Shown: positions 29,077-34,360 of the stretch, piece by piece | Numbering within the stretch: the stretch's first letter is position 1 | Layout of the letters: every line of letters begins with the position of its first letter | Origin: Acidobacteriota bacterium | GTDB lineage: Bacteria; Acidobacteriota; Thermoanaerobaculia; Multivoradales; UBA5704 | Assembly: GCA_040005235.1 (NCBI GenBank) | Contig: JBDTZG010000057.1 | Location: forward strand, 1 to 34,360 | Direction of reading: 5' to 3' | DNA length: 34,360 bases | The notes under the pieces: generated by a model | Seen by the model: the letters and a program-made list of their open reading frames with translations, nothing else | Database searches by the model: none | Told to the model about the DNA's origin: nothing | Translations under genes and position numbers: made by a program

Positions 29077-29442
29077 ATGCTTAGAAAATTCTCGCGGCTC
29101 CTTGGAGTCTTACTGCTTGTTGGCGCGTTCTGCTCTTCGACGGCGCCAGCTCGCGGGACGGGCACGACGTACTACGGGTGCTTCAGTTGTCACTACCTCC
29201 ATGCTCTAGGGATCGACTCGATCTGCAGATCTGAGCTCCAGGGCGATGGGTGGATATGCAACGAGGAAACGACTTTTGATGGTGGGGTGGAGTGTTATAC
29301 CAACGGTCAGGCGTGCGCATCGGGCACGACAGGCTCTGGCGGCGGTGGTGGGATTGGCGGGGGTGGTGGTGGTGGCTGCAATGTTGCTAATGGAGCGGTG
29401 TGCCCCGCCGCCTGTATTGGTTGCCGTCGGCCCGCGATCTAG
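29077..29442 (+). CDS. Secreted Cys/Gly-rich mini-protein (121 aa)
   Basis: RBS GGGAGG and a signal peptide. The mature part has 10 Cys, split 6+4 by a poly-Gly linker. Confidence 0.8.
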   Translation: MLRKFSRLLGVLLLVGAFCSSTAPARGTGTTYYGCFSCHYLHALGIDSICRSELQGDGWICNEETTFDGGVECYTNGQACASGTTGSGGGGGIGGGGGGGCNVANGAVCPAACIGCRRPAI

Positions 29443-29457
29443 ATGAGAGGCGCCCCC

Positions 29458-31815
29458 ATGAGCCATCGTAACTTCATCCTCTGCGCCTGGTGTCTAGTGC
29501 CTCTTGCCCTTGCAGCCCAGGTCGGCCCGAGTCCAAAACCGACAGCAAAGGTCGAGATCGAAGGGGTGCCGCTGGGCGGCGCGGTGGCTTCCTGGGCGGG
29601 TACTCTGACGCTTCGGCCCGAAGACCCGGCGCTCGAGCCGATCGTTCTCGATGCCTCGAACGAGAAGCCGATCGCCCTGTCCGTGCCGGAGCATTCCAGG
29701 TGGCTCGCTTTCCTCGATCTGCCGGACCGCTGGGCGGCGGTCCAGCGGATTGAGGTGGCGGGCAGCGACGAGATCTTTACGCAGCGCTTCTTCATCTGGC
29801 CTGCCGTGGAAGCTCATGGGCGGTTGCAAACCACTGAGCGGAGGGCGAAACTCCCTGCCCGCGTGACCCTGGAGGTTCTGCCGGCGGCGAAGGCAAAAAC
29901 TTGGCTCGACGGGCCACGGGGGGACACGTACTGTCCCGTCGATGCGAAGGGCGTGTTTCGGTGCAGACTTCCTTCAGGCGAACGAGACCTCGCACTCCGC
30001 GCTGAAGGGTTTGCGTCCATCTATCGCCTGGGAACAAACCTCGTTCTCCCCGCGAGGGTCGCTTCGGGGGGCGCGAAGTCCGATTCGATCCGCCCGAAGA
30101 GCGATCCGGCGCAGGAGGCAAAAGCCGTCAACCTCCGGGACTTCGTATTGCGGCGGGGAGCTTCCCTCGTCGGTTGGGTCGAGGTTGTGGGCGGTGCTCT
30201 AGATCCGAAAAACTGCCGCGTGAGGTTGGCGCCCTGGGCGGCTCGCGGGCCGGTCGGAGGAACGAACGATTCCCTGAGTACGGCAGAACAGTCCCTCCCG
30301 GTCGATGCCAGGGGCTTTTTTCAGTTCGTCGGGGTCTCACCCGGCGCATACTCCGTGGTCGCTGTTCAGCCGGGGTGGGTCGCCGCGCCCGTCGGCCCTC
30401 TCCTGCTCGACGATGCGACCGCTACCGAGATGCCCAGGCCGCTTCGGCTGGAGAAACCCTTAGAGTTGACCCTGATCCTCAACCCTCCGCGAGACTGGCT
30501 CGACCAGCAATGGGCGGTACAACTCTGGCGGGACTCCGACCTAGGACCAGGGGGACCTCGCACACAGGTTTTTGACGGTCCGCCGGACGCCGAAGGCCTC
30601 GTTCGGGTAAAGAATCAAACCCCGGGAACGTTCTCGATGTTGGTGGCCGACTCCCGAGGGAACAAGTTCTTCGGCGAGTTCAATCGGCCGATGTTCGATC
30701 AGAACAGCGCCGAACGCCGGATCGATCTCGATTTCGTGAACGTTCGAGGGCGCCTCCGATTGGGCGACGAGCCGCTCGCGGCGACGCTCTGGTTTGGCGG
30801 TCGATTCGGTGCGCCGGGAGTACAGTTCGATTCGAACGAGGAGGGCGTTTTTCACGGAGCCCTGCCCAAGGGCGGCCGATGGAAAGTCGAAATCGAAGCC
30901 GCGGAACCTCACCTTCAGCTGACGCGGAAGATCGAAGTCGAAGCTGACTCGAAGGGTCTCGCCGAGGTCGCGATCGACCTTCCCGATACTCTGATCTTCG
31001 GTAGCGTGGTCGATGCGAAGGACCAACCAGCCCCGGGTGCGAGCGTAAATATCGAGTCCGCCCAGAACAGCTCCTCCACGACCGCGAACGCCGAGGGGAG
31101 GTTCGAACTTCGAGGATTCGATCCAGGCCTGCTGGCGTTACTGGCCGAACAGGCTTCGGAGGTCCCGGGATCGGCGGCAAGCGAAACCGTGCGCACCACT
31201 CTGCAGGAGTCGTCGCCATTGGGACCCTTGGTGCTTCGGCTGCGCGACAATCTCCATTTCGAAGGGCAGGTCTTGGGAGATGTAGGGCCGGTCGCAGGCG
31301 CGAGTCTGGTCATCATGACGCAGCCGCGAACCGGTGCGATCGATACGGCCCGCACCGGCCTGGATGGTCGTTTTGCGGCAAAACTGCCTGCGATGGCGCA
31401 ACGCGCCGTGATCGTGGTTTCCCCGCCGGGCAACGCCCTTCGTGCGTTCGATGCGCCTCTCGACGGATCGCCGCTTGTCTTGCGAACCAGCGCGGCCGGG
31501 GGGACACTCGAAGTCACCCTGCCGGATGGGGAAGAGATTCAGCGCCGCAACCTACGGTTCTACATCTTCCAGAACGGGCTGGCCTTGCCAATTCCTGAGC
31601 TCTACCGTTGGGCGGCTGGCAACGGGGACCCCGTGGATCCTCAAAGCACGGACCTGCGCTTTCCTCGGTTGGCTGAAGGCCGTTACGACGTGTGCCTCGT
31701 GCCCTACGCAACCCTCCTCGCTGCCGACTATTCGGGGGGGCCGGCAGGCTCCTGTGCGCAAGGTCAGCTCTCGGCGGGGGGCGTCTTGCGTCTGAGCCCC
31801 GAGTTGGGTTTGTGA
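29458..31815 (+). CDS. Large exported protein with repeated carboxypeptidase-regulatory-like beta-sandwich domains
   Basis: Signal peptide (ALA|A). Repeated motifs VDAKGVF, VDARGFF...PGAY, NEEGVF, GSVVDAKDQPAPGASV..NAEGRF, GLDGRF. The start is 29443 or 29458. Confidence 0.82.
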   Translation: MSHRNFILCAWCLVPLALAAQVGPSPKPTAKVEIEGVPLGGAVASWAGTLTLRPEDPALEPIVLDASNEKPIALSVPEHSRWLAFLDLPDRWAAVQRIEVAGSDEIFTQRFFIWPAVEAHGRLQTTERRAKLPARVTLEVLPAAKAKTWLDGPRGDTYCPVDAKGVFRCRLPSGERDLALRAEGFASIYRLGTNLVLPARVASGGAKSDSIRPKSDPAQEAKAVNLRDFVLRRGASLVGWVEVVGGALDPKNCRVRLAPWAARGPVGGTNDSLSTAEQSLPVDARGFFQFVGVSPGAYSVVAVQPGWVAAPVGPLLLDDATATEMPRPLRLEKPLELTLILNPPRDWLDQQWAVQLWRDSDLGPGGPRTQVFDGPPDAEGLVRVKNQTPGTFSMLVADSRGNKFFGEFNRPMFDQNSAERRIDLDFVNVRGRLRLGDEPLAATLWFGGRFGAPGVQFDSNEEGVFHGALPKGGRWKVEIEAAEPHLQLTRKIEVEADSKGLAEVAIDLPDTLIFGSVVDAKDQPAPGASVNIESAQNSSSTTANAEGRFELRGFDPGLLALLAEQASEVPGSAASETVRTTLQESSPLGPLVLRLRDNLHFEGQVLGDVGPVAGASLVIMTQPRTGAIDTARTGLDGRFAAKLPAMAQRAVIVVSPPGNALRAFDAPLDGSPLVLRTSAAGGTLEVTLPDGEEIQRRNLRFYIFQNGLALPIPELYRWAAGNGDPVDPQSTDLRFPRLAEGRYDVCLVPYATLLAADYSGGPAGSCAQGQLSAGGVLRLSPELGL

Positions 31816-31890
31816 TGGCTGGGGAGGCAGGTCCCGGCGCCAGCTCCCGCCGCCCCAGCCCCGGTGAATCGGCCCGCTCGCCCGGGGCTC

Positions 31891-31950
31891 GGATCCAGGT
31901 CGCAACGATCGGGACCCAGGTCCGAGCTTTCTGGACCTAGGTCGCAAACG
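31891..31950. repeat. Three degenerate tandem units with 21-bp period
   Basis: The core GGAYCYAGGTC starts at 31891, 31912 and 31933. Confidence 0.7.
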
Positions 31951-32090
31951 AGCGGCAGGTGGTGAAGGTCGCCCGCGAGTTGCGCGAAGGCGGCCGGGTC
32001 GATCCGGGTCTCGGGCGGGTAAGGATCGCCGCCGGCTCCGGGGGGACGTTTCGCAGCGAAGACGGCCCTCCGGTTCCCCCCCACCGACCC
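31947..32090 (+). repeat. Direct repeat, copy B (orphan NUDIX 3' fragment)
   Basis: About 92% identical to 27460-27604; six of the differences are synonymous in the NUDIX frame. Confidence 0.9.
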
Positions 32091-32097
32091 TAGTCGC

Positions 32098-32154
32098 GGT
32101 TCGTTAGGTCGCGCCAGAAGTAGTCGAAGTTTCCGGGGTGCGAGCCTAAGTGAA
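32098..32154 (-). pseudogene. Fragment homologous to part of the 33243-34360 gene
   Basis: 50/57 nt identical to 33377-33433; encodes HLGSHPGNFDYFWRDLTN versus HLGSQPGNFDYFWLDPTN. Confidence 0.8.
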
Positions 32155-32173
32155 TATCGCCGGACCCCGAACT

Positions 32174-33229
32174 TCAGTGCGGCGCAACCGCCAGCGGCCG
32201 ATCCCACGCCGTCCCGCGCAGCAACTCCGGCCAGGGTACGTCGTCGGTGAGAATGTTATTCGGGCTGGCTAGATACTCGGCGTTCAGGAACGCTCCGCTG
32301 CGGAACTGCGCCTCGGTCTGCTGCTCGTGGCCGGCGAAGATTGGCGGCGCCACGAGCACAGCATAATCTGGATCGAGCGACCCTGAGCAAGGGAGAGGAT
32401 CGTTTTCCAGACACCAGGGCAGGGCTTCGATTCGGCCGACCGCCAGCGTGCCCGCGGCATCGATTGTGAAGCGGAGCCGGAATTGAAAGCTGCCTTCTCC
32501 ATAGCCGCACTCGGGGTCACAGGCTACAAGGTAGGAGAAGACCTTTGCCCGGTAGGTTAACGGCTCCACGTCGCGGAAGAAGATCGTCTTGTAGCGCTCC
32601 AGGCCCGGGCCGGGGAACGGCTGTTTGAGAGCGTCGGTCACTCGGAAGGTCCGCGACAGGATCTCGAAAACCTGGAGGTCGAATGCCGAGGGCCCATCCG
32701 CCGAGCAGCGCTCGAACAGGTTCTCTGCCGCGAGGCTTCGGGAGGCACCGCTCGCCGAGCCGGAGCTTCCGATTTGGCTGCTGATCAAGATGCCGTGGGT
32801 GGGCCGCGTCGGGTCCACAACCCTCGGTGCCAGCTCCAGGCTCACGTCGATCCTCACCTCCTCCTCCGGCGAATGGAACGGAGTCGTCAGCAGATCGTTG
32901 CGCGCGAGAACGGCTTGCGGCAGCAGCGACCGGCGCGGATTGAGGAGAGCCGACCCTGGGCTGAGCTGCAGATCGAACCCCATCTGCCAGTCGCGGCGAA
33001 CCAGCCCGACAAACAGCGGATAAACCCCCAGTCCGGCGTAACGATCAGGGCCGGCTGGCCATAGGTACAAATTCATCCCCGGCCCATTGGTTGCCATCCG
33101 ATGAACCAGACGTCCGAGCCTCGCCTCCTCGCAGGCGACCTCCGCGGAGGTGAGGGCGCGGGAAGTCGAAGCAAAGCCCAGCAGGGGAAATAAGGCGAGG
33201 AGCACTACGCGGGTCTTCAGAGATCTCAT
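32174..33229 (-). CDS. Hypothetical secreted protein
   Basis: GGAG RBS; signal peptide ending SRA|L; 351 aa; 13 nt downstream of the preceding gene. No family recognised. Confidence 0.78.
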   Translation of the reverse strand: MRSLKTRVVLLALFPLLGFASTSRALTSAEVACEEARLGRLVHRMATNGPGMNLYLWPAGPDRYAGLGVYPLFVGLVRRDWQMGFDLQLSPGSALLNPRRSLLPQAVLARNDLLTTPFHSPEEEVRIDVSLELAPRVVDPTRPTHGILISSQIGSSGSASGASRSLAAENLFERCSADGPSAFDLQVFEILSRTFRVTDALKQPFPGPGLERYKTIFFRDVEPLTYRAKVFSYLVACDPECGYGEGSFQFRLRFTIDAAGTLAVGRIEALPWCLENDPLPCSGSLDPDYAVLVAPPIFAGHEQQTEAQFRSGAFLNAEYLASPNNILTDDVPWPELLRGTAWDRPLAVAPH

Positions 33230-33242
33230 TTCGGACTCCGGG

Positions 33243-34360
33243 CTACCGCTGCACGATTCGCAGCAGGGCGTCGTAAGGATACCTGGGCGAGGTGATCTTG
33301 CAGGGGCTGCTCCCTCTGCAGAATTCGGGGGAAGGCTTCCAGTCGATCTGCCCCTGAGCCAGGGGCGCGGCCGAAGGGTTCGTCGGGTCGAGCCAGAAGT
33401 AGTCGAAGTTTCCGGGTTGTGAGCCTAGATGAAGAATCAAGTCCGTCTCTTGGTATCGCGCCGTAGGGCGGCGGCGGCCGTCGTAGGCGTCGAACGCGAG
33501 GTTTACTCCAGCACAGTGGAGAAGCCCGTCGGTTTGTCGATTGAAGTCATCGTTGTCACCCTTGCACCGTGGGGTGCTGCGATGAATGTAGAGCATGAAG
33601 CTCCTCCCTGTACCTGCGTTTTGAAAGCTCCGCGATTCCATCGCCGCCCAATGCTTACGGGACAGAGTGCCCGCGTCCCAGCTCGTATTCGTCGGGTAAG
33701 GACCGACGTCCGCCCAGCCGGCTCCCGTAGAGCCAGCCGCCGAAGCGATCAGCTCGTGGATCTTGATGCCGGCGAGGTAGGCCCGGATCCGGCCGAGCTG
33801 GTCGCGCACTTTCTGGGCGTTGGCTTCGGTAAAGCTGTACCCGAAATGGTCGAAGCTGCCGCCGCCGTGGAGCAGGAATTCAAGCACCTCGGCCCGCACG
33901 GGATCAGGCAGGCCGAACTGCCGGGCGTCCGGGGTCGTCGGCGGAATGTCGGTTTTGAAGGTGCGGGTCCCTTTTGGCCCCCCGAGCGGTGTGATGTTGT
34001 CTTCGTTCAGGCCAAACACCTTCATGGGATTGCTGAATTCGCGGATCAGGCGGATCGCGCCGACTTCGAGTCGGTTGTCTCCCGATGTCGCGGGGAAAGG
34101 CGCTGCTTTGGTGGTCAGCACCTGCGTGTAGTGTCCGTTGATCACGTCCGGTCGACAGCCTCCCGGAGTTGCGACGCTGCACGCGGTCGAAGGGGTGCGC
34201 CAGACACCCGCCGCAATTTCGTCGAACGGCTGCACCGCGATCGGATGCCGAGCCTGGAGCGGCTTGCTGGGCGTCGCGTTCGACCTCAGGTAGCGCGACT
34301 CCGACGCCTTGGTGTAGGCGATCATCTGCTGCTGCCAGGCGATCACGCGGTTGGGATCGA
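33243..34360 (-). CDS. Hypothetical protein, 5'-truncated by the window edge
   Basis: The frame is open to the right edge; more than 367 aa with several Cys pairs. No family recognised. Confidence 0.75.
   Translation of the reverse strand, partial: DPNRVIAWQQQMIAYTKASESRYLRSNATPSKPLQARHPIAVQPFDEIAAGVWRTPSTACSVATPGGCRPDVINGHYTQVLTTKAAPFPATSGDNRLEVGAIRLIREFSNPMKVFGLNEDNITPLGGPKGTRTFKTDIPPTTPDARQFGLPDPVRAEVLEFLLHGGGSFDHFGYSFTEANAQKVRDQLGRIRAYLAGIKIHELIASAAGSTGAGWADVGPYPTNTSWDAGTLSRKHWAAMESRSFQNAGTGRSFMLYIHRSTPRCKGDNDDFNRQTDGLLHCAGVNLAFDAYDGRRRPTARYQETDLILHLGSQPGNFDYFWLDPTNPSAAPLAQGQIDWKPSPEFCRGSSPCKITSPRYPYDALLRIVQR

Noticed and set aside
29179-29193. CFSCH as a cytochrome c heme site
   Set aside because: Not called: it is a single CxxCH in a peptide with ten Cys, no cytochrome-like helical context and no maturation genes nearby. 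It remains testable.
29443-31815. Large protein as a RiPP maturase or TonB-dependent receptor
   Set aside because: No catalytic motif and no beta-barrel with a terminal aromatic residue were seen, only repeated small beta-sandwich patterns.
31891-31950. Short repeats as a CRISPR array
   Set aside because: The 21-nt period is too short for repeat plus spacer, there are only three degenerate units, and no cas genes are present.

Overview
A GC-rich bacterial chromosomal segment. The gene content suggests Acidobacteriota, possibly Thermoanaerobaculia; this is inference, as no marker gene is present. I see no rRNA, tRNA, CRISPR array, integrase or transposase. The housekeeping backbone is acnA, a TolC-MFP-RND efflux operon, and a yqgE-NUDIX-holin-like-SDR operon. 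Accessory blocks are interleaved with it: (1) a GT2 / DUF547 / atypical radical SAM operon; (2) a divergent pair of secreted enzymes, a carbonic-anhydrase-like protein and a tyrosinase; (3) a structured non-coding RNA candidate at about 6316-6470; (4) a toxin-antitoxin-rich island at 7189-10426, punctuated by three copies of an unannotated 52-58 aa micro-gene (two intact, one decayed within a collapsed copy of the MNT-HEPN operon); (5) two tandem paralogous secreted proteins, a frameshifted Cys-rich secreted protein and a RelE/HigB-Xre pair; (6) a secreted Cys/Gly-rich mini-protein followed by a large beta-sandwich protein, then a mosaic scar made of 21-bp repeats, a second copy of the NUDIX 3' end and a fragment of the last gene. 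All family calls come from motifs recognised by eye, and all alignments were done by hand; no database search was run.
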